From Daphnia carinata (Eukaryota): a stretch of DNA of 64,000 bases. Of this stretch, positions 39,541-52,246 are shown piece after piece; position 1 is the stretch's first letter; each line of letters begins with the position of its first letter. A program made the position numbers and the translations under genes. The notes beneath the pieces are model-generated. The model was not told the origin of the DNA and did no database searches. It saw only the letters and a list, made by a program, of their open reading frames with translations. The stretch is from NCBI RefSeq assembly GCF_022539665.2, contig NC_081331.1, positions 1,550,001 through 1,614,000 of the forward strand, read 5' to 3'.

Positions 39541-42500
39541 GACGAAAACCTTCAATCTGCGCTAACCAGCAGGAAAATTTAAGATACATAAAACGAAAAA
39601 TAAATAAAGCAAAAATAAATAGAAAATTGGACAAAAAAAAAATGTCTAACCTTTTAAGAAACGAAACAAAACCTATTTTTCGAAGAGAAAAAAAAAATAG
39701 ATATAAAATAACGGATATACACGAGATGCAGTCAAAGGACTTCCCGCCTCATTACGTATGCATCAGGTTTTTCTTCTTCTTCTTCTCCTTGTTTCCACCC
39801 TGCGTTGTTGCTATTCGGCAATCACCTCGTCCGTCGCTCTCTCCATTCGTCCATTCTTTCTTCTTTTAAATGCCTTCCACTCGCTATACGTAGAATAATA
39901 AAATGCGCAACTCACTTATTGCCCCGGCATCCAAGAAAGCCCGGCTATATCCTCCACTATATCTCTCCTCTTTCTCTCTTCTCTCAACGAGTGTATAATA
40001 AATTCATTTCTTTTCTTTTTTTTTTTTTTTTTCGTTTGGTTCCTTTCTTTTCTTCGACCCGCTTTTCATTCGCTTTCTTATAATATATAATATATTTTTT
40101 TTTTCGTTATTTCGGCTGCTGCCCTCACCGCTGTCCCGCCACTCGTCGACTCGGGGTCCGCGGATGAAAAAAAAAGAACACGCAGCCCGCGCTCAGCTTC
40201 TAACCACATGACGCATCAATTCTGCATCACCGCTGTTGTATAGCGCGGCTGCTTGCCATTGCCTAAGAAGTGGATAGAGGAGGGGGAGGCTTTTGTTTTC
40301 TATTTTTGTTTTTGAAATGAACAGAAAAAAATTCCAACGTCATTCCTCGTTGCATCGAGCCAATGAAACACATGTATAAGCGGCTACTTTTAAAATCTTA
40401 CGGGTATGTATGTAAACCCCCCCCCCCCCAAAAAAAAAAAAAAAAAAATATAATATTTATATAATATAGAAAAATAAAGACTGGGCATATATACGTTGCG
40501 CACCTGTTGCCGATCGAGTTTCACTTTAGGACTTTTGGTTTTCCATTTCAAAACTGTCACTCCTCTTATTGCTTTCTGACTGCATGCGCATAATAGAGTC
40601 TGCTATCCTTCTCTTTTTCTTTTTATTTTTGAGAGCTGTTACCTTGGTCATACCTGACCAGAGTATACAATTTCTCCCGCAAAGGAATCCTATTGGGGTA
40701 AACAAAAAAGTATGGCTTGTATAGAATCATCATTGGCGGGCGACGGGCAAGGCTGTATCATTATGATTCATCATGCCAACGCTAAAAACAAAAAGAGGAT
40801 CGACTTTTATGATACGATGCGTCTTACAAGTAATAAATAACCAGGCCAACAGATGAGAGGCTACATCGCTGCTGGCCCCCCCCCCCCCCTCCTCCCACAC
40901 ACGGAGATGGGAGACAGCAAACAAACATCTTTTTTTTTTTTTTTTTTTTTCTTTAAGAGAAGAAAAAATTCTTTGGCGAGTTATTGTGAAGAAAATTATA
41001 TTTTAAAAAAGAAATAAAGAAACTTAAAAGAAAGAGCCGCACACGGCGTGCGATGCGGTAATAATGGATTATTCCGAATCGTGCACCATCGCTGTAAGAG
41101 AACAAGATGGAGAGCGACCATCAAGAAAAGATTTTTTTTTTTCTTTCTTAACATATTCATACGTTGAATATCCAGATGGGCGAAGGAACTATTTTTGAAT
41201 CGTAAATTGTCTTATGTTCCCTTTTCTTTTTACGATGGTTGGGCATATGGTAGAGGTCGCAGGTCAACTGATGGCCAGTTACCCAACAAATAAAACTTGC
41301 GTGGCTTGCCAATTTGGCGAAAAAATGGAGAAACAAAACCAAAAAAAAAAATTTTTTTTAAATGAGAGCCTGCCCAATCATGTACAACCCACCGGAGAAG
41401 GTTAAAAGATATGTACGGGTGGGGTGAGCCCCCTGTCGTAACCGACGCCACACGCACAGTCTCGAAACCTCACAACGTGCCAGTAAGACGATGCCTCGTA
41501 ACAACATCATTTTTCTCCCTCCTTGTTGCTCTGCTCGGCTGCTACGTTTGAATGAACGCGACTGCGTGTTATGCCAACTTGAAATTCCCTCCACTCATAG
41601 GTCGGGTTAGGCCGTGGTTTGCGGGGGTGACACGACGATGGCGGCCGGGACCTACAGCGAAAAATTCATAACAAAGAATTGTTGCCTTATGTGTGTTTCT
41701 GTCTGTGGCTCTGCGAGCTCGTTAAGAAGCCATCCGCCATTTGAGGAGTAAAGACGAGAAGATGACGGGTATACGCATACAATTTTACAACAAGTTTAAG
41801 AGAGAGTCATCTTTCTTCATCAACTGTTGAAACTACATGGATGCATAGTAGTTCGCAGAACGGCAAACTGTGGTGTCGCCTAACAAGGACAACAACAACA
41901 CGTAGGAGGAAATACTTAGAAAGAGACGGGAATTGTAATATTAAAACAAAAATGCGAATAGAATCAACAAAAATACAGTTGGGAGAAAGAAAAAAAAAAT
42001 GGTTGGGAATTGTTTTTGTTTTTTATTCCGGTTGTAAAACACGAGGACGAGTCACGTCTAAAAACAAAATCTGAACAGATTAGCCGGACAAATTCTTTTA
42101 CTAGCAAATATAAGTGTAATCATATTGCACTTGCTATTACAAGTTTATCGTGATTTCTCTTTTTTTTTTTTCGTATTATTTACAGTACCGCAATGCATCA
42201 AATCGTCGTTCACGTTTATCTTTCATTCGCAACATCACGGCAAGTTCAGAATAGAGTTTACCTACGATTTCAATTTCACGCTTTTTTTTTTTTTTTACAA
42301 AAGAGGGGAATTTTTTTTTTGAGCCTGTTGTGTTATTATTTGCAGGAGAGGAGGGGGAGGTGATCCGTGTGATGGATGAACGACCGGTTTTTTTCTAATG
42401 TAAAAAAAAAAAATATATCTTCCTTTGGTTCCGGAGATTCTCTGAAGTGTATGTGTGTGTGTTTTAATTTTTTTGTTTTGTTTTTTGAAAGACAGACACG

Positions 42501-42593
42501 ACGGGAAGCTTTTGTCTTATCGCAAAGCCCAGCCAAAAAATTGTTATGGAAGGACGCCCAGTGGTGGACCGAAAGTGCTGCTGCTCTGCTCTG

Positions 42594-42595
<2 letters not shown>

Positions 42596-42639
<44 letters not shown>
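42596..42639. repeat. (TG)n microsatellite
   Basis: About 22 TG units. Confidence 0.98.
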
Positions 42640-42640
<1 letters not shown>

Positions 42641-45084
42641 TGCGCGCACATTTTGAAACACAGCGTGGGAAGTATCCGTTGGCCGCAATCCCAAAAAACC
42701 AAGAAAGTCATCTTCAAAAAGGGAAAGTTTTAGATGCACCATCAACAATCCCGTACAGCAAATATCACACAACAACCATAAACCAACACCCAACCAAAAA
42801 AAAAAAAAAAAAAAAAAGGCATTTACCACCCTGCCCCTAAGACACAAATTTTATTTCGATTTCGTTCACTCATCAGGCTCAGATGAAGATTGTTGACAAA
42901 AAGGAGACATAGTTTTCGTCATATACTCGTTGTTGGTGATGGCATTTTCGGGTGTGAACACGACATTTTACGACGTGTGTGTGTAAATAGTTTTCACGCT
43001 AGAGGACAAGGATTAGTATTTTTTTTTTCAAAAATGGGACCACTAGTTGAAGCTTTGCCATATAATGAGACACGACCGTGTTTGTAGCCGAAACGTATGC
43101 CCTCAAAACCAACAAACAAAACAGACGCAACGAAAAAAAAAAAAAAAGAAGTAAACGCGACTGATGTGTGGCATCGAATAGAAAAAACGGCAGGGAACCA
43201 TTTTGTATAGATAACACGACGCGCGAGATTTTCATCAATCCATCATTCTTTCTCACGCGTTGTTGACTTGCCTCCTCGCCGAGAAGTCTTGAGGAACGCT
43301 TCGTTCTGGGTTCTTAACGCAGAACGGGTTTATTATTGTTGTTGGTGTGTCTTATCATGTACGTACCATCTCTGTGTGTGTGTACCGTCTGTGGGTTTTT
43401 CGTGTACAGACACACAGACAAAAGAGAAATGCCGTGAAATACAAAATCAAATATATCCCGCATGAGATGTTTTCGCTATTCGTTCTAAATAAACGAATAA
43501 AATGAAGGAACAAAACGGACGCACATATTGCACGCTGCAGTAGCCCGGGATAGGATATGGACATGAAATACAATACGTAGACCTGTCGAGAAATTCGATT
43601 GCGCACGTAAAGCTTCTAGAATAGAAGAGGAATGCAGTCAGAGTGTGTATAATGTATGCGTGAGCTGGGCTGGGCCAGCCTGTTGCTACTGATGCGATGA
43701 TGATGATGATGACCTGCACGACGCATGCAAGCGCACTTTGAATGTGTAATTCAATATCGACGATATATAGACGATCAACTCTCGTTGGAAGAGGAGAAAT
43801 ATAATGACGATTGGGCAAGAAGAGGAGGGCCATAAGTATCAGACAAAGAAACCCAGAAGGCGAATATAGAAAAAGATACCCATGTAATTATTATTACCAT
43901 TAGATTTCATATGCACGTCAGTGTATATATATATATATATATGTCCTGACTGGCTATTGGAGGAATCGTGTTTCCAACAGCAGTCAATAGCCAAGCCAGA
44001 CCTTTTTTTTTCCTTCTTATTGTTGAAACATTCGACAAACATTTGAATTTTTGGCCATTTAAAAGGGGAAAAAAAAGCTAATTTCCAGGTGGAGTTCACG
44101 AATCATGATAACGATGATTAGATTCCACGTAGACGTTATTATTTTTATTTTTTGCCGCTCGACTCCCGCAAGGTCGTGACTGTGGGGTTGCTGCTGATGT
44201 TAAAAAGGCACGCTGCGCTATGATCGGCACAGGTATATATTTTGGTCCGTGCGCGCGGCTGACACACGCCGCGGCGCAATAAATTTCAAAAAAAAAAAGA
44301 AAAAAAAAAAGGGAATAGCGCGCGGTCGATCGGCCAACACAATACAAAATTTTTGTTTTCTGTACGAAAATTTATATTTTTTATTTCTCACACGTAGGAT
44401 GTGTTTTGTGTGCATCATCTGGTGAGTCTGGGGGGGTGGGGAGGAAATAAGAGGAGAAGAAAATGAAGGTTCCAGGGGAATTTTCTCGCTGATGGATGTG
44501 ACTTGAAAGGATGACATCAGAGACATGAATGGATGGGCTTTCGATCTTTGGTTCTTCCTTCGCATCTCTTTTTTTTTTTTCATTTTGCATAACAGTAAAC
44601 ATACCCTCGTCGTGAGAATTCGACAACAAAAAAGCGAACAAGACGAAGAAGAAAACGAACTTGTTGTCCCTTCTTAGCGGGGCCGACAAATGGCGACCTG
44701 TATCTTACCGTCGTTTGTCATTTGCGCTGCAACGTGCCCGCCAGGTTTACTTCCTTACGGTCTTTGCTACCTCCACTCCCTAATCCTCTTTTTCTAATCA
44801 GGCATTTCTGACGGGCTAGTCATAAATCACGGTGAACACAGTCACGGATGCGATTTCTGTTTGGATTACATTTTTCTTTTCTAACGTTCGGGAGTGGCAA
44901 ACGCCATCTATGGAATACGCAATCATTCGTTATTTTTACGAAAAGAAAACGTCAATTTGCATTTTACGTTTTATTCTTTGTGGGATTGCAGGTTCCTTCT
45001 TTTTTTTTACGTGACGTGGGTTATGGGAGAGAGGACGACAGGTAGAAGGACCCATTACATTCTGATGCCATTATCACAGGCTTT

Positions 45085-45110
45085 TAATAATAATAATAAT
45101 AATAATAATA
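45085..45110. repeat. (TAA)n microsatellite
   Basis: About 8-9 TAA units, downstream of the TMEM130-like stop. Confidence 0.9.
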
Positions 45111-45364
45111 TAAGAAAGATGTAGTTGATGTTTGGATTGCGCCGGGGTCAAGGCGAAAATGACGAGAAACCCAAAAGATATCTACTGCAACGTTGCGATG
45201 GCGAAAATCATTGGCAACAACAACATAAAAAATGGCGAGGCGGAAACGACCGAAGGGAATGACGAGATTAAAGTCGACAATAGAGGCGGTGGAGAGATTG
45301 ACGTTCGCTTACTTTTAAAGAAAGGAAAAGAAAAAAAAAAAAAAAAAAAAGGCGACTTGCGAAC

Positions 45365-47408
45365 TTAGTCAAATGTTATGTTCTGGTAACTAGAATTGGC
45401 CGGAGGAGTTTGGCCCTTCAGACCAGACCAGTACTGAAGTACGGAAGATCGAAGACGTTCAGAAAAAGACATTTCCGGTGCTTCTTCCTCTTCGAAATCA
45501 AAATCGGCCACTTCTATTCTTAAGCTACAAATAGTTATGAAATGAATTAAATGTTGTCGAATTAAATGAAGAATAATGCAAGATAAGGTAAATTATTGGA
45601 CGTACTTGCGGCGGGTGTAAAAGTAAAGTCCAATACCAAACGCAATGCTGACGATGGCGACACAGGCCGATGCGATTGGAACAACCACGAGTGAGAGTTG
45701 CGCTTTACGGTCAGCTAAAAACGGATTTCCGTCAACATTGTATCGGACTCCTCTTTGTCAACTATTTTTAAGTCGATAGGGAAATACCTTCATAAATGTT
45801 GACTTTGAGGGGAATCACTTGGTAAAATACTTGATTATACAAAACGACGGGCAGAATATACTGGCCAGGGCTACTGAAATAGTGCAGCAGCTGGAGTTCG
45901 CAGTTATTTGTTTTGATGGGCAGTTCGCAGCTTGCATTAGCTAGAGAAAATACAGTTCTATTATACAATTTCTTTAAGATAACATCCCGTCCTTTTTCAT
46001 TACTTGTTTCGTTCATAAACCCGTCAAACGCCCAGCAGTAGTAGAACGGGGCTGATCCATTGCACGATATGTTCATGTTCATTATGTCGCCGTGCTTGAG
46101 CCAATTATTTCCGTGAATAGACACATTACTAACGGGGTCTGCGATTTCGGGAGATGGAACTGTCAACCTTATGGCTTTACAACAAATGTAAAATGACCTA
46201 CCTCGAGCTTGCAGTTCCAAAGTAAACAGAGCAACCTTGTAGCCGATGAAACGCTGATAATGAATATAGCCGGATCTACGTTTGCTCAGAGCGAGAGAAA
46301 CGTTTCTTGACGGAGTTATCAACGACGAGGTTTCGGGTGTCACCGTAGGCAACACAGTTGGAACCGTTGTCGACGTTGTTGTTGATGGTGGAGTCGTCGT
46401 CGTCGTCGTAGTTGTTGTGGTTGTTGTCGTCGTCGTCGTGGTAGTAGTTGTTGTTGTACCTAATGGAATAAATATGCTTTACATTCACTAATTCTTTAAA
46501 AAGTGATAAATAAACTAAAATAAATGCAGACATACTAGTTGTTGTTGGTACAGCAAATGTTGCATACACATCAACCATAACAGTATGATTTTTAACTTCT
46601 GTGAAGTTGAACTTTAAAACTGGTGTTTTCGTAGTACCATAATTGACATCATTCACAAACCAATAAAATACTAGATCTTGGGCTTGACTAAGAAAGTCTT
46701 CAGGGTCATGAAATTTAACCACAAGTTGTGTTTCTTCCCCTGTTGAAACAAAGTGGGGTGACACATGCTGAGAAGAATTTTTCTGGATGGCAGCTATATG
46801 TCCATTCAATGTTTCTGCAGAATAAATTACTATTTATTAAGGGTGTCTGAAATCATACTAAATACCAATACCGGTAAGCTCAAATTTGGTAGTAGCTGAT
46901 CCTTGAGGCATGGGGAATATATATTCTTGCTTATAAACTGTAACATCCATCCTGTAATTGCCTTTTTTGTAATGAGAACTTGGATAGCTGACTGTATAGT
47001 TGAATATTACAGCATTCAAGGTTTCTGTCTGCATTTAGATCAATGATTAGTATACCGATCCATTTTAGTGTTATTCTTACAAATTAGCTTACTGTAAATG
47101 ACAGTCCAAGTTCATCATAAAATATACAGTAGAAAGGACCAGACGGAATAACCCCGGAAGGATTGGACAACTTTACTGTGAAGGTTATATTAGCATCCAG
47201 AACAGCTGGACCATTATTTATCAAATCTACTCTTAATCTGTAACCTGTAAATAACAAACATATTAGAAAAGTTTTTAATAGTGTTTAGTGACATTGTTTT
47301 ACCATAGGCATCTGAGACCAGGGGGGATGAAAAGAAGTAAAACAAAATAAAATAATATGAACAAATATTCATTTTTTTATTCGACGGGGAAGTAAGAGAA
47401 TCTTGCAT
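45365..47408 (-). CDS. TMEM130: TMEM130-like (PMEL/GPNMB family, PKD domain) type I membrane protein with a Thr-rich insert
   Basis: Exons 47408-47303, 47244-47093, 47028-46872, 46814-46536, 46459-46202, 46138-46004, 45940-45788, 45714-45606, 45524-45365. Signal peptide, NNGPAVLDANITF, FELTETLNG, KFHDPEDFL, CNGSAPFYYCW, a TM helix (LVVVPIASACVAIVSIAFGIGLY) and cytoplasmic EVADFDF. Start could be 47372. Confidence 0.85.
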
Positions 47409-47769
47409 ATTGAATTTTATCCGTCACTGATTTCGCCTCCTTGTTGCGACAGTGTTTTTTTCTTTCCTCTATTTTTTAACGAAATTCGATCATTCAGTGC
47501 CATCTGGGGGTCATTTACTTCTCACTTTTAAAATGCAAAAATATTTTGATCTATTACAAAAGAATAAGAAGAAAAAAATAAAAAAAAAAGTGGAAATATT
47601 CTTTTTTATTCGAAGACGTGCTCAAAGGTACGTGGTTCTCAATTTCAAAACTTTTGTTGTGACCTAATGTTTTATCAACTACGCTAACTACATTCAAAGA
47701 TGCATTGATTTTTTCGTCTGCCACCTCCTTGGCTGTAAAACGTGACACTCGCCGAAGTAATTAACAAAA

Positions 47770-48460
47770 ATGATCTCCACAAAAATGTTTTATTTGCGAT
47801 CTATTGCAAGGTATGCAGTGCGTTTTCTGTCTATAATCTGGTACAATAAAATAATAATTTAAAAAATAGATCAAAGGCCTTAGTGTCCAGCAGCATTCGG
47901 TTCCGGACGTTAACTCAAGCAGCATCAGCCGAAAAAATACAAAGGATCGTTAGTGATATTTCGCAGTTAACTCTCATCGAAGTTGCAGAACTAAATCAAG
48001 TCTTAAAAACAACCCTTAAAATCCCAGATGCCCCAGTTATGGCATATGGTGCAGGTCCTGCTGCTGCCCCAGCTCAACCAAAAGACGTAGCATTTTTCAG
48101 ATGAGTCATAGGCTAAACTCATAATATATGTATACATATATTTTTTTTTGCAGGAGGAAGAAGAAGCACCTAAGGCCAAAGCTCAGACAATTTTTACAGT
48201 CAAACTTACAAAGTATGATGAAGCTAAGAAAATTGCCTTGATTAAGGAAATTAAAAATATTGTGGAAGGAATGAACCTCGTACAAGTAAAGTATTAGATT
48301 TTATTTTCATTATACTAGTTAGGTAACAATTCCCCTTGAATAGGCCAAGAAGTTTGTTGAAACACTCCCTGCAGTTGTTCGAGCTGATATTCCTAAAGAA
48401 GAGGCAGAGAAGCTTAAGGATGCCATTGCAGCTGCTGGAGGTATTTGTGAAATTGTTTAA
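47770..48460 (+). CDS. mRpL12: Mitochondrial ribosomal protein L12 (bL12m)
   Basis: Exons 47770-47810, 47870-48086, 48154-48285, 48344-48460. Motifs: IVSDISQLTLIEVAEL, FTVKL...KIALIKEIK...GMNLVQAKKFVE, KEEAEKLK...AAGG. AATAAA at 48487 and 48526. Confidence 0.95.
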
Positions 48461-48590
48461 TTTGAGTATGTTTTGTAGTCAAAGCCAATAAAAAAAATTT
48501 GAAAAACAATACATTTGAACAATTTAATAAACATCACTTAGCCATTTATATATTTCTAAATAGTGATTTAACAAATGAAGTGAAAATGAT

Positions 48591-49573
48591 TTATATTATC
48601 TTGTAACTCAGTTCAAACCCAGGTTGATTAATGACATGATCTGATTGAAATATCAAAATAAGTTGGTTGGATGGAGAAATCAACGTTTCCGGCAAACTAA
48701 AACCGGAATGAATCAACAAAGGTAAATCTGTCAGCGGATCCATTATCTGAAAAAAAAAAAAAGGATATTAAGTATTTGTTTATCAGTCAAGTTTGATCTA
48801 GCCCAACCGTTAAGAAATCTCTTCCAGGTTCCGTCTGAAAAGACTCGAAGGTAATTTCAATTCGTTTGTCAATTTCAGCTGTAATAACCCATCGACATTT
48901 GGCTGATGATGGATAGTGTGCCGGGAAATCTGGAGTCTCAATAGTACCATCTGTGTACAGCACGCCTCCACACGCTGGAATAGGATCCATAGAATAGTAA
49001 AGCGCAAACCCAGGAAAGTTTAAGCTATTGTCAGTAGTGAAGCGAACAGTTGCTGTATTGGAGGTAGTCGTGAAAATCTGGCTCAAACTAGCATTCCCAG
49101 AAAGTTCGACAATCAACCGAGCTGAATTAGAGATTCCATCATAAATCTAAAGATATTTCAACACTTAGGCCGATGGCATTCAATTATGAAAACTTTAAAA
49201 ATCTCTTCATACAGAAACACGGTCATATCCATGCTCAGTACTGAACAACTTGTAGAATTGGAAAAGAATCCTATGGGAAGGTTGGACAAGAAAATGCCAT
49301 TTGCAATTAAGCATATCATCGTAGTTAGACGGATACTTCGGAGACGTGATGTTACCGAATGAATGGGTGACAAAACCACCGCAAACTATTGCAGTATTAA
49401 AACAGTTATAAAACAGAGTATTGTGAGAACAAAATCCTTGAATGCTTACAGCTTGTCGTTTCCGTAACATTCAAACTCGTTTCAGATATGCTGGCCTTGT
49501 CCGCGGTTGACGCCTCACCATGCCATAATAGCAAAACTACTAGGATTCGAACGGCAATGCCAATTGCGCGCAT
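48591..49573 (-). CDS. Secreted protein with two CUB domains
   Basis: Exons 49573-49450, 49385-49213, 49146-48808, 48746-48591. Signal peptide, CGG...GNITSPKYPSNY...CKW...YDRVSIYDG...VRFTTDNSLNFPGF, then a second CUB CGG...TPDFPAHY...CRW...FQSDHVINQPGF, then stop. Confidence 0.88.
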
Positions 49574-49784
49574 TCTTGAACACTCGCCGTGAAACACCGG
49601 AATGGTCCCAAAAGGTTCACATGCTTGGCCATTACGATAATAAAGAACTTTCTTTGTTTAACGATAACAAGTTTGACTAGGCGATAAAATTAATCCGCAG
49701 ACGCGCAGATAGAGAAAAACATGAACATAAAAAGAAACATAGGGCAATACCGACGGTAAATCGATCTTTCCGTTCGACCATTGT

Positions 49785-49800
49785 GGCTCTGATAAGAGCC
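49785..49800 (-). promoter_or_regulatory. Histone 3' stem-loop (variant loop UAUC) with downstream purine-rich element
   Basis: Minus strand GGCTCT-TATC-AGAGCC followed by ACAA and then GGAAAGA; starts 62 nt after the H4 stop. Confidence 0.9.
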
Positions 49801-49862
49801 GTTGTCAAGTCAGAAAATGAAAAAGTTACAATAAGGTTGAGCAGAAAATATCGACGAGATGA

Positions 49863-50192
<330 letters not shown>

Positions 50193-52246
50193 CTAGAGCA
50201 AAGGTGAAAAATGAATATCGAAAATGAAGGGAAATTGTCAGCTTATATACGCCGCAAGCCTAGCGGCATAGCTTCGCAATTCTCTGCTAATTGCTTTCTA
50301 GGCCTTTCTACTGCCCCTAAAAAATCACCTAGGGCAGGTAGAAGCAAGGAGGTTAAGTAAGCAACATACTTAATTTCAAGGCGACTCATTTTCAAGGCAA
50401 CAGTCATAATCCCTACCCTTTACTTCCTAAATCTTTACTCTGCCTCCATCACAGGCCGACTGTTGCAAAAAGCAATAAACTAGGCAAATGTGGTTCAGAT
50501 TACGAGACTCCTTTATGCGATAACGTTAAAAAAAATTGAAAGTGCCCCAAATTCTTCCAAAGTCGGATGCAAATTTCGTTTTCCTTTTCTGAAACAAACG
50601 TGTGAGATCAAGGGGGTTGCTCACTGCAGAAGGTCTCGCGCTATGTTTATGGTGTAATTTAGCCTTTAACAATGGCACTGTTTTAGATAATGCCAGTCTC
50701 ACAGTTCTTTTGTCAAGGACCATCCCGCCTAGGGTAGTTAGGCGATATTGCATATTGCTTAACTGGAATCTCATAAATTCTGGCGAATGTAATTTGAATG
50801 CCGGAAACACTGCCACGTGAAGGGTGTGGTCTTGCTACAACTGCCAGTATCCCAGACTTGAAATGATTTCATTTTTACTATCGACCAAAACGTTCTTCTT
50901 CCTTTAAGCGCCACGAGGAAGATACCATGCTGGTGCAAGATAACTTGTTCAGTCTCAAGGCCGGCAAGTTGCTGGAGCCAAACAACACAAAGGCTCTCGT
51001 ACATTGCGCCATTTGCGCCGAATTGAGATAACTCGCAGGAAGAAACACGTTTCGCTAATTGTTTTCACATGTAAATTCGATTTTATCAAACGGAATTTTC
51101 CCCATCTCATCTCTCGGCGAGAAACTTGAATCTTACAATCTCATCCTTCTCATCGGAAAGGGGAAATGTATCCAGAAAGTCGAACGAATGGAGCACAACT
51201 TTCGATTAAAACGTTTTCCCGTTCACATTCTTCCATTCCAATAGATTGCGATTCAACCCGAAACGCTCTTACGTTGTTAGTTTGTTTTGAGACGTGAATC
51301 CCAGGCATAAACCTTGCCTTGATGTATGCACACATCTTGTTATTATCGTAAAAGGAGAAGCTTTTTATCACTTTTCCATCGTCTTAAAAAGGAAAGGATG
51401 GTGACATTAGAATTCCAGTCGCAAAACATAGTATAAACAGTTCTAGAACAGTAGACGATTGATTTTGATCGGCATAACCTTGAAAGTGTCATCTACATAC
51501 TTACCTGCATTTATAGTTCGCGGCATGAGCCGATGAGTGAACGGATCTAGCGGGCTTGTATCTGGGTGGAGTCGTTCATTGCCTTTTCGATGGCGTCCTC
51601 AAAAACTAAAAGGAAGATTCCCTAGTCGAGTTTCGGAAAGTCCGTCAAACGACCTTCGCGTCTTCTTTTGTTTTTCTTTCTTCTCGGCGTTTCGTTTTGG
51701 CTCAGTGCAAGATTACCGTCTTGAAAGTGATTGTTATGGATGGATAATTAATCTTGCTAGCCAATTCCCCACAAGCGGATTTGATAAATAACAACGTATA
51801 TAGATACTTGGATATGCACAGTGGCTCGTTTCGTAGTTATATTATAGCTAGCAGATATTTATTTCGAAATAAAAATAAATCTTAAATAATGTAGAATAAT
51901 GGCAAATGAAAGTTAGACGCTGGATGCGGGAGGGTGTGTCCATTTTGGGCCATCCGAGTTGCAGGCTTCTCGCCCGGAGCAAGGGAGCAGCTAGTCAGGA
52001 TGCGAATGGGCCGCCTTAACACGCGCATCGCGGGTAAGAAACCTTGCCAAGGTTGTTTCCCCATTCTTTTTGGCCATGTTCAAACTTTGGCCGTGAAATC
52101 TGCTAGTCCGGGAAATTGGAAGACGAAACAAGACCGCCAATGCTACAATCACGGCGTGTGCCCAGAGATGGCTAGTATAAAAAGGCAGACGTGCGATTCT
52201 AGTCGACACTAGTTCTTCAGCTCCTGTTCAATTACTAGTAGCAAAC

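Noticed and set aside
13400..45300. Many F/K-rich and HT/CV-rich short ORFs
   Set aside because: Translations of poly(A/T) tracts and CA microsatellites.
46282..46491. Poly-Val plus-strand ORF
   Set aside because: Antisense reading of the poly-Thr exon of TMEM130-like.
50526..51371. Short ORFs upstream of H4 (possible H3 or transposon remnant)
   Set aside because: No histone or transposase/RT motifs recognisable in the frames read.
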